A DNA stretch of 64,000 nucleotides, from the NCBI RefSeq assembly GCF_001194135.2, contig NC_068983.1, positions 72,980,811-73,044,810 on the forward strand, given 5' to 3'. Position numbers and translations under genes: made by a program. The notes under the pieces were generated by a model, which saw only the letters and a list, made by a program, of their open reading frames with translations, ran no database searches and was not told the origin of the DNA. Shown here in pieces: positions 12,096 to 23,176 of this stretch (positions within the stretch are counted from its first letter, which is position 1; each line of letters starts with the position of its first letter). The DNA comes from Octopus bimaculoides. Lineage: Eukaryota.

Positions 12096-15000
12096 ATGAG
12101 GGCCTCTATACCAATATTTTCTTCGATCTGCTGCTATTTCCTGTTTCTACATGGATGCCACAGTGAACATGTTCTTAGTAGGAATGCACGTGAGCTACCA
12201 GGTGGAACTGAACATGATTATTCACCAGGGAAGACAGCTGCTAAGACAGATAACATTGTCCAAACGACTTCACCGAGTGCTACTCCGTCCAGTACAACTA
12301 AATGTCCCAATCTAGATTCAAATGATCTCGCAAACAACGGCCATAGAATTATGAAAAGGAACAACATGCAGCGGTCTAGTTTTGAGGCTTCACATGAAAA
12401 ACGTAGAGTTATCAAAAGAACTGCAAATAGCTGTGTTGTTGCCCAAAGATCGCGTCATGAGTTATCTACCAGACGTACCGACAACAATGGGAGAAACACA
12501 ATGCGCACTTCAACGTCTAGAACATTCAGCCGAGAAAATATTAGAAACAACAGAATAAGTAACCGAAGACAAAACTCCGGGGCAACTTTAGAAACACGAC
12601 GTTCCGCAGCTGAAAATGTGCAGAAACTGTCATCAAGAAGGAGTATTGATTCTAGCAGGTCATTGCAAGAAAACACAAGACAACAAACATATAACACCCG
12701 CCGAAACTCACTAACACGCGATGTTTCTAGAACACGAAGATCAAGAGCTGTTGACAACATCAGTAGAACTCAAGAAATCCGCAAAGAAATCTCAAATACA
12801 AGACAACAAGCAGATAACACTCGCCGAAATTCACTGACACGTGACCGTTCTGTAGTTCCCAGTACACGAAGATCTAGAGATGTTGATAGCAGCCAGAAAA
12901 TACGAGAAGTTCGTAATGTGGTATCAGATACGAGACGACATGCAGATGACACTCGCCGAAATTCACTGACAGTAAGTTCGAGAAGACAAAGATCCAGATC
13001 TGTTGACGCTAGAAGGAGAGTACAGGATACTGGCAAAGAGAACTCAGATATAATACGAAAGCCTGATAACACGCGCAGGGATTCTCTTACACGCGAATCT
13101 TCAAGGGATTCTCGAATTCAAAGATCAAGATCTGTTGATACTACCAGAATGAGAACACAGGAAATTCGTAAAGAAGTATCGAATGCAAGACGGCAAACCG
13201 ATAACACGCGTAGAAACACTCTCAGGCGTGACTCTTCGGTAGTTTCTAGAACTGAACGCTCCAGATCTGTTGACGCTACAAGAAGAATGCGCGACGTTAA
13301 GAGAGAAGTATCAAAAACAAGGCAGGAAATGGATAGCACTCGCCGAAACATTCTTACTCGTGATACTCCAGACGCTTTTAGAAATCAAAGGTCCAGATCT
13401 CTTGGTTCCAGCAGGAGGACACAAGATATTCGTAAAGAGATACCAAATACCAGACGACAAGCAAACGACGTTTACCGAGTTTCCCAGACCCGCGACACTT
13501 CAGCTGTTTTCAGAACACGAAGGTCAAGATCGGTTGTGTCCAGTCGGAGAATTCAAGATGTTCGCAAAGACACAGACGCAAAACAACAAGGAGATAATTC
13601 ACGCAGAAACTCACTAGTTCATCATTCTTTAGTTGATTCTAGAACTCAAAGGTCAAGGTCGGTTGATTCTGTCAGAAGAACGCGGGAATTAAGTAAAGAA
13701 CTTTCGAACACAAGACGACAAACATATGACACTCGCCGGAATTCATTAACACGTGAGCCCTTAGTAGTCTCTAGAACTCGAAGAGCTAGAAGTACTGATT
13801 CCAGTCGGACAACACAAGACATTCGCAATGAAATATCGAACACAAGACGACAAACAGACAACAGGCGACGAAATTCACTGATGCGTGATCCTTCGGTAGA
13901 TTCCAGAAAACGAACATCTAGGGATACTGAAGTTAGCAGAAGAAGACGAGAAATTAGTCAAGAAATATTAAATACAAGACGACAAGTAGACGAAACTAGA
14001 CGAAATTCACTTAGTCGTGGCGCTCCATTAGTTTCTAGAACTGAAAGGTCCAGATCTGTTGATTCTAACAGAAGATCGAGGGAAATCGTTAATGAAATGA
14101 CAAGAACAAGACGACAGACAGACAATATTCGCAGAAACACTCTTACACGTGACAACTCAGACGTTTCTAGATCTCGAAGATCCCGATCTCTTGATTCCAG
14201 CTTGGTTCAAAATATTCGCACTGGGATATCAAATACGAGACGACAAATAGACAACAGTAGAAGACTTGCTGTAAGACAAGATACTTCAGTAGTTGCTAGA
14301 GTTCAAAGGTCCAGATCTGTTGATTCCAGCCGAAGAATACAGGAAACTCGCAGAGTGATGGCAAGTACAAGGCGAGATGTAGATAACACACGTAGGGATT
14401 CTCTTTCAGATGACACTTCGCTCGTTCGCAGCGTTAGGAAGTTCAGATCCGCAATATCAGAAACGCGCGATGGATCTTCCAATACTAGGCGTGTAATAGA
14501 TTCCACACAACGAAACTCGGCTGTTCGTGATAAAAAAGAATATATGTCTCGTTTAAGTGATTCTGAAAGAATGAGACACAGTAATCGCCGGAATGTGCAC
14601 ACTCGAGAATCTCGAAACGATAATGAAAACTGGAGATCCATTCCAATTAATTCCCACAAAAGATTAAGTCAAGCAAGAGTACCTGGAAATGTTCGTGAGG
14701 AAATGAGCAATACAAGGCGACACATAGACAGTGGCCGTCGAAACGTCTTACTTCGTGAATCTGGAGATGTTTCTAGAAACAAAAAGTCCAGATCTGTTGA
14801 TTTCAACAGAAAATCATGGCAAGAAAGGATAAAGTTTGAGGTTCGATACGTTAAATCAAATACCAGACGACGGGTAGATGACATGCATCAACCTTCCGTG
14901 GTAGGTGGAAAATCCAGGTCTACTGAATCTAACAGAAGGCAAGTTCGTACAGAAATATCTAATAGACGTCAAATAGACAACACACGTCGAAACAGTGCGG

Positions 15001-15794
15001 TTTATGAATCTCGTGATGTTTATAGAAGACAGACATCTAGATCCGTTGATTCTAACGTCATGTTACATCACACAAGACGGATACGAGACGTTCGTGAAGA
15101 TACTGGCAATACCATGCGTGAGATGCGACGTACCATTCGAGATAATTTGTCTTATGACCTCCCAAAAGCTTATAGGAACCAAAGAGCTATGTACAGGACA
15201 CGTCAACAAATTCGCGAGAAAATATCAGACACACGTCATCAAATTCATAATATTCGTCAAAATGCTAGAAGTGCTCCTCACTTCCAGCGATCAAGATTGA
15301 GTGATTTTAACAGTTTCAGAATTGCAAGAACTGTTAGCAACCAGGAAGTTAAAATATTTGGAAACTCGAAACAATTTTTAGTTTCTTCCTATCAAAACTT
15401 ACAGTTTGATATATCTTTCTTCCTGTCAAGAAACTTTGGAGCTATTGTTGTTATAAATCTAGAAAACAAACCATCATTTGTAACACAATCTTCAAACAAT
15501 TCTCTATCTAACTTGTTGCCTTCATTAACACCACCGAACCAAAAGGCTGAATGGAGCACTGCGATATCACTTGGAGTCCCAGTTGGCCTGCAAATGACAG
15601 ATAACGAATATTCTCGGCTGACGTTGCCATCATCTTTCGTCCTGTCTAGTGACAGAACAACACAGAAATATATAGGAAATAATGGCATTAATGAGGATTC
15701 AACTTTATTAATGAAAAACAATGTAAAGCAATCTAAACTGGAAACAAGTACAAGGTTTGTAAACTTGAATCTTATTTCGCTTATTACTGAATAA
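12096..15794 (+). CDS. Uncharacterised 1232-aa putatively secreted Arg/Ser-rich tandem-repeat protein
   Basis: 3.7-kb stop-free ORF in AT-rich DNA. Splice acceptor 12 nt upstream of the ATG. N-terminal hydrophobic segment MRASIPIFSSICCYFLFLHGCHS. About 14 clear plus about 4 degenerate ~44-aa repeats whose indels all preserve the frame. Non-repetitive C-terminus. Confidence 0.9.
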   Translation: MRASIPIFSSICCYFLFLHGCHSEHVLSRNARELPGGTEHDYSPGKTAAKTDNIVQTTSPSATPSSTTKCPNLDSNDLANNGHRIMKRNNMQRSSFEASHEKRRVIKRTANSCVVAQRSRHELSTRRTDNNGRNTMRTSTSRTFSRENIRNNRISNRRQNSGATLETRRSAAENVQKLSSRRSIDSSRSLQENTRQQTYNTRRNSLTRDVSRTRRSRAVDNISRTQEIRKEISNTRQQADNTRRNSLTRDRSVVPSTRRSRDVDSSQKIREVRNVVSDTRRHADDTRRNSLTVSSRRQRSRSVDARRRVQDTGKENSDIIRKPDNTRRDSLTRESSRDSRIQRSRSVDTTRMRTQEIRKEVSNARRQTDNTRRNTLRRDSSVVSRTERSRSVDATRRMRDVKREVSKTRQEMDSTRRNILTRDTPDAFRNQRSRSLGSSRRTQDIRKEIPNTRRQANDVYRVSQTRDTSAVFRTRRSRSVVSSRRIQDVRKDTDAKQQGDNSRRNSLVHHSLVDSRTQRSRSVDSVRRTRELSKELSNTRRQTYDTRRNSLTREPLVVSRTRRARSTDSSRTTQDIRNEISNTRRQTDNRRRNSLMRDPSVDSRKRTSRDTEVSRRRREISQEILNTRRQVDETRRNSLSRGAPLVSRTERSRSVDSNRRSREIVNEMTRTRRQTDNIRRNTLTRDNSDVSRSRRSRSLDSSLVQNIRTGISNTRRQIDNSRRLAVRQDTSVVARVQRSRSVDSSRRIQETRRVMASTRRDVDNTRRDSLSDDTSLVRSVRKFRSAISETRDGSSNTRRVIDSTQRNSAVRDKKEYMSRLSDSERMRHSNRRNVHTRESRNDNENWRSIPINSHKRLSQARVPGNVREEMSNTRRHIDSGRRNVLLRESGDVSRNKKSRSVDFNRKSWQERIKFEVRYVKSNTRRRVDDMHQPSVVGGKSRSTESNRRQVRTEISNRRQIDNTRRNSAVYESRDVYRRQTSRSVDSNVMLHHTRRIRDVREDTGNTMREMRRTIRDNLSYDLPKAYRNQRAMYRTRQQIREKISDTRHQIHNIRQNARSAPHFQRSRLSDFNSFRIARTVSNQEVKIFGNSKQFLVSSYQNLQFDISFFLSRNFGAIVVINLENKPSFVTQSSNNSLSNLLPSLTPPNQKAEWSTAISLGVPVGLQMTDNEYSRLTLPSSFVLSSDRTTQKYIGNNGINEDSTLLMKNNVKQSKLETSTRFVNLNLISLITE
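12690..15130 (+). repeat. Coding tandem repeat, period ~132 bp (39-45 codons)
   Basis: TRRNSL recurs with spacing 41,44,40,45,44,44,43,44,44,44,44,43,44,39 aa. Consensus approx. TRRNSLTRDxSxVSRTxRSRSVDSSRRxQEIRKEISNTRRQxDN. Confidence 0.95.
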
Positions 15795-16044
15795 ATTATT
15801 TAAATACGCTATCTGCATGAAAAATATTAGTCGAGTTAGTTTTAATATATTTAATGCAGGGAGCGTTAAAAAGCTAACAAGAAATGCGATGAAGAATAAA
15901 CCATATTAGTTAATGACTAATACTGCTTTCGTGTTTTCAGCAAATGTGTAAGACAACTCCGGTTATATTTCTATATCATTCTGATCCCATCAACGAAATA
16001 TTCTTGCCGAAGTATTGGTGGAAGAATCACTCAGTACATTTACT

Positions 16045-16420
16045 GACGCGTGGCTATAAGGTAAAACGTTTGCTTCTCAACCACATGGGTCTAGGTTCAG
16101 TTTTCAGTCCCACTGCGTGGCACCTTCGGCAAATGTCTTCAGCTACAGACCTGCGTCGACCAAAGCCATGAGTGGATTTGGTGGACGGAAACTAAAAGAA
16201 GTCTGTCGTATGTGTATGTGTTTGTCCTCCACCACCTCTTGACAATAGGTGTTAGTTTGTTTATGTCCCCCAATAACTTAGCAGTTCGGCAAAAAAAGAT
16301 TGATCGAATAAGTACAAGACTTTAAAAAAATAATCGGTCGATTCATTCGACTAAAAAGACAAATTTTCAAGCCGATGCCCAGACTGCACAGTCAAATGAA
16401 TGAAACATGGAAAAGATTGA
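16045..16420 (+). mobile_element. SINE family A (CORE-type), diverged copy
   Basis: CCCACTGCGTGGCACCTT..GCAAATGTCTTC and GAGTGGATTTGGT..ACGGAAAC shared with 853-1450. Confidence 0.8.
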
Positions 16421-16589
16421 TATAAGAAAAAAGAATTGTTTAGAGAATAAATTATTCAGAGACGCCATCAGCATCAAGCTCAAAAAAGTTAGCTGTGAGG
16501 AAGAAAGAGATTTTCACCTTTTAGCAACAGAAAGGATTACTTTCATTGTTGCAGGATGTACGGGAGACAACTTCAAATAAATTGGTTTC

Positions 16590-16710
16590 GAATTTTGGTA
16601 CAAGGCCAGAAATTTCGGGGAAACGGCCACGTCGATTAGATCGACCTCCAACGTTCAACTAGTACTTATTTTATCGACCTCGAAAGGATGAAAGGCAAAA
16701 TCGACCTGAC
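16590..16710 (-). mobile_element. SINE family C, partial
   Basis: GAAAGGATGAAAGGCAAAATCGACC is the reverse complement of the family C body. Confidence 0.7.
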
Positions 16711-17618
16711 AACTTCAAATACATTGCCGTCTTTATTTGAAATATTTACCAGTAAATGAAAGTAATATCACTCACTGAGCGATATTGTTTTTCTCTCAGG
16801 TCATAATTATTTCTACCTAGATCCTTGCATTAAATATGTCAACATTAACCTAACTCTAGTTCACTTTGTTGTTTTATATTACTTATGCTAACTATATATC
16901 TTGCCACTTCATCGCTTTTTGCTGTTGTTAACATAATTTTTATTTCGTTTCTTTCCTTTTTATTCTTCTTTTAATATAAAAACATGAATTTGAGACATGC
17001 GATTTTTAAAGAACCTAGTTTTTGAGTGAAATTTAAACAATCTTTTATTGTAAACTCACAAGGAAATGCAAACAGGAACCAGAGTAACAGAATTCAATAT
17101 AAACAGAATATCGTTAACTTTTCTAAAGAAATAAAACAATTATGTTTTTAATATGTAATTATATAAGATATATTTTAACAAGGATATGTGGCTGATCATT
17201 CATTTGGCTGTAGTGACTACTGATATGATACGAAGCATTGTCAGAAACTATAGCACTCCAATAAACAATCTCGTTAATGATAGGTTTAAACGTTTTAGAC
17301 GAAGATTACCTTATGAGCCTTCATATAAAATGAAACCCTCGATATAAAAACAATATAATACAATATAAAAAGATATTAAATGGTAATGGTTTGTGTTGGC
17401 TCCGTCGCCCTGTTTAATGCCACCATAGCACCTTGGGTATTGTGGATTAAGTACATTGTTCAAAACATTCGAGCCAGGTCTCCGGTCTAACCATATTTTC
17501 ATTCCGTTCTCCTTCCAGTCAGTCTCGGAGGCGCTGTAAAGGATCATGAACATTCCTTTCCTCATGACTATAATTTTTTTTTTTTTTTTTTAATAGTAAT
17601 GCAACTAAGTTCAGAGGA

Positions 17619-17627
17619 ATGAATGTT
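17619..17627 (+). CDS. Small orphan gene, coding exon 1 (MNV; may extend to the ATG at 17546)
   Basis: ATG AAT GTT followed by consensus donor GTGAGT. The frame is open upstream to the poly-T run. TCAGT initiator-like motif at 17519. Confidence 0.4.
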
Positions 17628-17713
17628 GTGAGTGAAGACGATAAGTTTAATGCAGAACCCTTCATCGGAGAGAGATGAAATAGCTATCTATAGCCACTTC
17701 ACCTGTCTTTCAG

Positions 17714-17733
17714 ACCGAAATTTTGCTCCAAAC
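17714..17733 (+). CDS. Small orphan gene, exon 2 (TEILLQT)
   Basis: Pyrimidine tract plus CAG acceptor and a weak donor GTAGGG. Phase 0 to 2, which fits exon 3. Confidence 0.45.
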
Positions 17734-18918
17734 GTAGGGAAAAAAAATCTTCTCACTATTTGAACTCCTTAAATTTATAAAAACCAACTTGGTTATATTA
17801 TTATTTACTATTTTATCAAGTTAACTCCACTCAGAAATAGCATCACATTAATAATGTAAAGTGTTGTTTCATTTTCACCATGGCAGAAAAACCAAATAAA
17901 AACGGTAGTCAACAAAGGAGCCTCCTCATAGTTGTTCGATGTGCTAGAAATAGCAGTCTAATCTTCTGAAATCAAACTGTTTTTCTTTCCAAAAAGCAAT
18001 GAGATGACACATTAGATAATGTAGTCTTCATTATGTCCTTAAAAATAGATCTCAAAAAGAAGAATCAAGAGTTAAAAGAAGTTCTTTGATGGTAGATTTG
18101 ATAGACACTGACTTGAAAGTTAACAACACTGAGAAAAAGAGACAAAAAGGAAATATTTTCAACAATTTATACAGAGCTTTACAAGGATATCACTAACTAT
18201 ATACAGTAAGGAAATGGAGTAGTTTTTAACCAGCTTGCCTTACTTTACAGCCAAGTAAGCATTGCACATTCTGATCCATACTTTCAGTACTTTGCTTCTA
18301 CAAAGTGATAGAAAATTTAAATCTTCTATATAAACACTTAAGGTGGCTTCATATTTACCAGTTCTGGAAGTTCTTTTTCCCCAAGATTGTCACTTTATGC
18401 AATAGTAACAGAATAACAAGAATAATACTATACACTATAACAATATACAAATAAGAAGAAAATTAGAAATGCATTTTTTTTAAAACTATTCCAAAAAATA
18501 TTTTAACAGTCTTTCATCATTGTTTTTGTGACTAGTTATAGTATACATCTGGAATTCCCAAACAGTGTGTCTTAGTACAGTATTTGTCGTGAATCCTCTA
18601 TGTCTATTACAGTCCCCCCTCCATTTCCTTTATGTAGAATTTCCTCCAATGCTTCAAGAAATAAAAATTAAAACAACCATTTTATTTTTGTCAATTTGCA
18701 AGGTTAACAATATTATATCTATGTGTCTGTTATTCGCAAAAGTTTGGCAACTACTATATAAAGATTAGTTGAATATATAAAATATGCTCTTATTTTAGGT
18801 TGAACATTAGTATCCCATCACAGAGATTATAATTAGTATTTCTAAGCATGACATTAAAAATTTATGTTATATCTAAGACTTCAAATCATATTAAAAATTA
18901 ATTATGTTTTATTTTCAG

Positions 18919-18985
18919 TGAAATCCTTTCAAAATCTGAAGCTGATACCAACCTATTTGATATACCCAGTATCTCAACTCTACAG
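18919..18985 (+). CDS. Small orphan gene, exon 3 (EILSKSEADTNLFDIPSISTLQ)
   Basis: ttttattttcag acceptor and CAG|GTAAGT donor. Open frame, phase 2 to 0. Confidence 0.7.
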
Positions 18986-20206
18986 GTAAGTACTGTTAGT
19001 TTCTTACTAAGACAAAAGAGCCAATTTTCTAGAAATTGGACAGTCAACTGTATTAACATCCATATATTACTGTTGTTTATTATTTTATTAATTAGCTGTA
19101 TAAATAATGAAGTTGCCCTGGTGAGATCTGAATTTGAAACTAGAAAGGTGAAACTAAATATAATGGATTTGGATTGGTACTGTATTGTCTCAGCTACCTC
19201 ATGAAATATTGATATTTTTATATACTGTTTCACATACATATATCTGTATCCTGGCACAACTCCCTGTCCAAAACCATCCTTCAGAGCACAGTTGAGGGAG
19301 GGTGAAAGAGAGATAGACAGAAAAATTCCTGGTCTGACAACATCAAGGATTGGACAGGACATATCACTGCAACTCTGCTATGCATGATAGAACAGAGGTT
19401 AGTGGTAACAGCTGACTGAAAAAACATTTAGAGTGGCATCCCAATGACTGGCTGCACCAGTTAAAGGAACTTGATGACTCCATATTTGAATGAGGTGGAT
19501 AATATTTTTGTTGAAGTAATTGATTTAACAGCTGGATGTTCCTCTTACTGGTAATCATTCAACTTTGAAATAAGAATGGAATCTATTTTTGATTTCACTT
19601 ATGCACACAATAGCAAGCAAAGTTAGGTGCCTGGCTAAATGGCACAACATAATGTTAATAGTCCAATATGAATTCATAACCTTTTGGTCAATAATCCAGC
19701 AACTTAAATTTACCGTCATTATGCATCATGTTTACATTCAATACACAAAAAGTGAGTTGCTGTTCTTGTGCAATTATTCTTTAACTTTAGGTCAGCTCTG
19801 ATCCAGCACACCTATGAACAAAGATGTTTCAGTTATGATCATTTCATCATTTATATAGAATTAATGTAAAAGAAAGAATGTCTAGGAGAGCAGTAACTCT
19901 GAAGGACAGAATAGAGGAGACTCTATTCCTGTCATAGAGAGCCTCTCTAGTGCTAATAACACAATAAAATGCATCCAGTCCATGTTGTAAAGTGGTTGGT
20001 GATAGAAGGGCATAATCTTATATAGAAATGCATGTTTCTGTGTATGGTTGTGTAAAGATGGAAAATAGATCGATTCAAGTTTAATTACAAATATGTCCAA
20101 CCCATGCCAGCATGGAAAGCAGGTATTAAATTATTATTATTATTATTATTATTAACTTCAGTGAAGTTATACCATTAAAATTCTATTTCTTCTTCTCTTA
20201 AATCAG

Positions 20207-20298
20207 ACTCAAATATCTCCTAAAGCTGCTGAAGAATCTTCAAATGATCAAACTTTCAGAAAGTATTTCTCAGACATCTTGGTAAATATAACAAACAG
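20207..20298 (+). CDS. Small orphan gene, exon 4 (TQISPKAAEESSNDQTFRKYFSDILVNITN)
   Basis: Pyrimidine tract plus CAG acceptor and AG|GTATGT donor. Open frame, phase 0 to 2. Confidence 0.7.
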
Positions 20299-21098
20299 GT
20301 ATGTCAACCATTTTAAACATATAACCAAATACTATAGTAGCAGATGTGGACACAGTATAACTGAATAGTTCAGAAGTTTGCTTCTTAATAAAGAGATACT
20401 GGGTTCAATCCTACTGTATGGCATCTTGGGCAAGTGTCTTTTACTGTAGCCATAAGTTGACCCAAGCCTTGAGAGGGATATTGAGTGAATGGAAACTGTG
20501 TAGAAGCCTATGCTTTGTCACACATCTCTTTCACAATGACTCTGACTGAGGATTACAATAAGAATACATGTGTTTGTGGAATACTCATTTAGCCTCAAGT
20601 CATCCCTAGTTGAGCAGACTTATGATCAAAGTACTCAAAATGTAAAGAGAGTAAGTAATCTCTTTACATTTTGAGTACTTAAGCAGGTGAAGGGAACTTG
20701 TCTATGTCTAACTGACAAGATGGTGTGTTTTTTAAAGACTCTCGAAGACATGCATGAGAGAAAAAAAAACCATTGTATTCTCCCATGAAAATCTCATGGC
20801 AAATACATAGGACTTGTCAAGGAAGTCACCAGATGTTGTTTGGTGACCTACAAGCACAGGTATGGGAGAAGAGACAGAGTAATATACAGTAAGAAGATGC
20901 CAGGTGGCAAAGTGGGATAAAAATATAAGGAAATAAATCAACTTCACCTTTCATCCTTCCACAACAGAACACTTTATCACCTTACTAGTCATATACATGG
21001 GATAGTTAAACCAACAATACTCTTCTCCCAATATGATTTAAATGTGAATTTTAAAAATCCATTGCTTTGTCATTTATTCATTTATTTTATTCAAACAG

Positions 21099-21231
21099 TT
21101 TCAAATGGCGCAAGGAAATGCCTAGAACCATTTTGATCAGTATGTTGGCACTAATAGGAATGAGAAGCAACAAAAACATCAACAAACCACTCAACAGACA
21201 ATTAACTTCGATTATGCCATCCATCTTCTAA
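21099..21231 (+). CDS. Small orphan gene, last exon (SFKWRKEMPRTILISMLALIGMRSNKNINKPLNRQLTSIMPSIF*)
   Basis: ttttattcaaacag acceptor. The phase-2 join gives a 44-codon open frame to TAA. AATAAA at ~21384. Confidence 0.65.
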
Positions 21232-21780
21232 AAGATGTGCTGACTTGTAAATCAAATGAACTGAAGACTACTAGACCAACTGACATTGATCCCAAAGGAA
21301 ATTGAACATTTACTTAATAATCTACCAATCTAGATGAACTGCTTTTTGAAATCAAATACCTAAAATGGCTATATTTATTCTTTAATAAATGCTTTAACTA
21401 CTTTATAGTGCTAACATCCAACAATGGCGCACCAAAATATCTTGAGAGATACTCTTGCAATATATGTACATGCATGAGTATAACATATAAAAACCGAAAG
21501 ATAAAGAAATAAAACCATATATATTTGCTTATATAAAACATATTCACATACTCACACATGTAACATGCATATTATAAATGCACACACATGTATGTATATA
21601 CATATTTGAAGAAACATATATATAATGTATGTGCTTCTTCACTTATGTATATATGCATATGCAACATACACATACAGTACAATGTCATCCATTTATATGG
21701 TAACTAGAGAGTACAAAATACAAACACACATCAAACATACATGCATGCTTTGTTATTCAAGGTATTAAAGAATATATATA

Positions 21781-21821
<41 letters not shown>

Positions 21822-22220
21822 CAATTAAATCATATTTTCAACATTTTCTTGTTGCTGCATTGTTGTAAGAATTTGTGACTGAGGAAAAAAAATAAAAACA
21901 TACATTATATATATATACATATATATATAAGGAAATAAAATTATTATTTGAATAAAAAGTCTTCAGCTTCTTTTTCCATTGTTAATCAGCTTTAAAAACA
22001 AATCATCGTCATTATCATCATTATTGTCCATCTTCCATGCTGGCATAGAAAAAATTGTTCCCCATCTCACTATAAGATTTGTTTAACCTTAAGTCATCCT
22101 TAGTTGAGTAGACTTATGATCAAAGGTGTTCCGTCCATAACCACCTCACTTTTTTCTATCTCTACATATCTGCATATGATATGAGATTTTGTTTTAAACA
22201 CGAAGAAAATATATGGAAAA

Positions 22221-22590
22221 TGTGTGGTAAGTAGCTTGCTTACCAACCACATGGTCTCGGGTTCAGTCCCACTGCATGGCATCTTGGGCAAGTGTCTTCT
22301 ACTATAGCCTCGGGCCGACCAAAACCTTGTGAGTGGATTTGGTAGACAGAAACTGAAAGAAGCCCGTCGTATATATGTATGTGTTTGTGTGTCTGTTTGT
22401 CCCCCCAACATCGCTTGACAACCGATGCTGGTGTGTTTATGTCCCCGTAACTTAGTGGTTCAGCAAAAGAGACCGATAGAATAAGTACTAGGCTTCTAAA
22501 GAATAAGTCCTGGCGTCGATTTGCTCGACTAAAGGTGGTGCTCCAGCATGGTCGCAGTCAAAAGACTGAAACAAGTAAAGAGTAAAAAGA
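22221..22590 (+). mobile_element. SINE family A (CORE-type)
   Basis: High identity to 853-1450 without the internal insertion. Confidence 0.9.
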
Positions 22591-22967
22591 GTACAACCAA
22601 TATACTCCAAACAAATTAATGTTATAGATATACCCACAAAAGGATGAATGCTACAATAATACTCAAAAAGAGTGAATGTTAAGATATATACGGATGAACA
22701 TGGTATCCAGTCTGTTAGTAGAGATGGTATCCAGGTCGACAGTTCATACCTAGTTTGCTACAATAGCACCAGTGAGACAGCTGGTAACACAGCCATTCTG
22801 CACTACATCAACTGGCTTCATGAAGAGAACTGGTAACAACTGAGTTGCACGTCCAGCAACTACTACCACCGAAAACGTCAGTTGGTAAAGTCTGCCAACA
22901 GCAACTGGCTGGCGATGCTTGTTAAATTGACATTTGCTAGATTCATAAATTGGTTTGAAAAGATTAA

Positions 22968-23176
22968 CCCTTTAGCATTTAATGTGGCCCAAATATTCTA
23001 CCTATTTTATGTTTAAACTGGCCAGATCTGGCCTCTCACACCTTCCCTACAATGTCATTCTAAAAATAAACAATCACATCATCAAAATTTCAAAGCTATG
23101 AGATAACACATAATTAATTCAAAACAATGTGAATAATTAATATTAAATTTGACAGAGTAATCTGGATGCTAAAGGG
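22968..23176. mobile_element. piggyBac-type MITE
   Basis: TIRs CCCTTTAGCAT...ATGCTAAAGGG flanked by TTAA on both sides. Second copy at 39713-39932 in the opposite orientation. Confidence 0.85.

Noticed and set aside
12218-15721. Many antisense and alternate-frame ORFs within the 1232-aa CDS
   Set aside because: Shadows of the repetitive sense ORF, with no independent features.
17311-17565. 84-aa minus-strand ORF, and a 36-aa plus-strand ORF (MVMVCVGSV...), in a CpG-richer patch
   Set aside because: No recognisable homology, ncRNA motif or spliced continuation. Better explained as promoter/5' region of the plus-strand gene, though not excluded.
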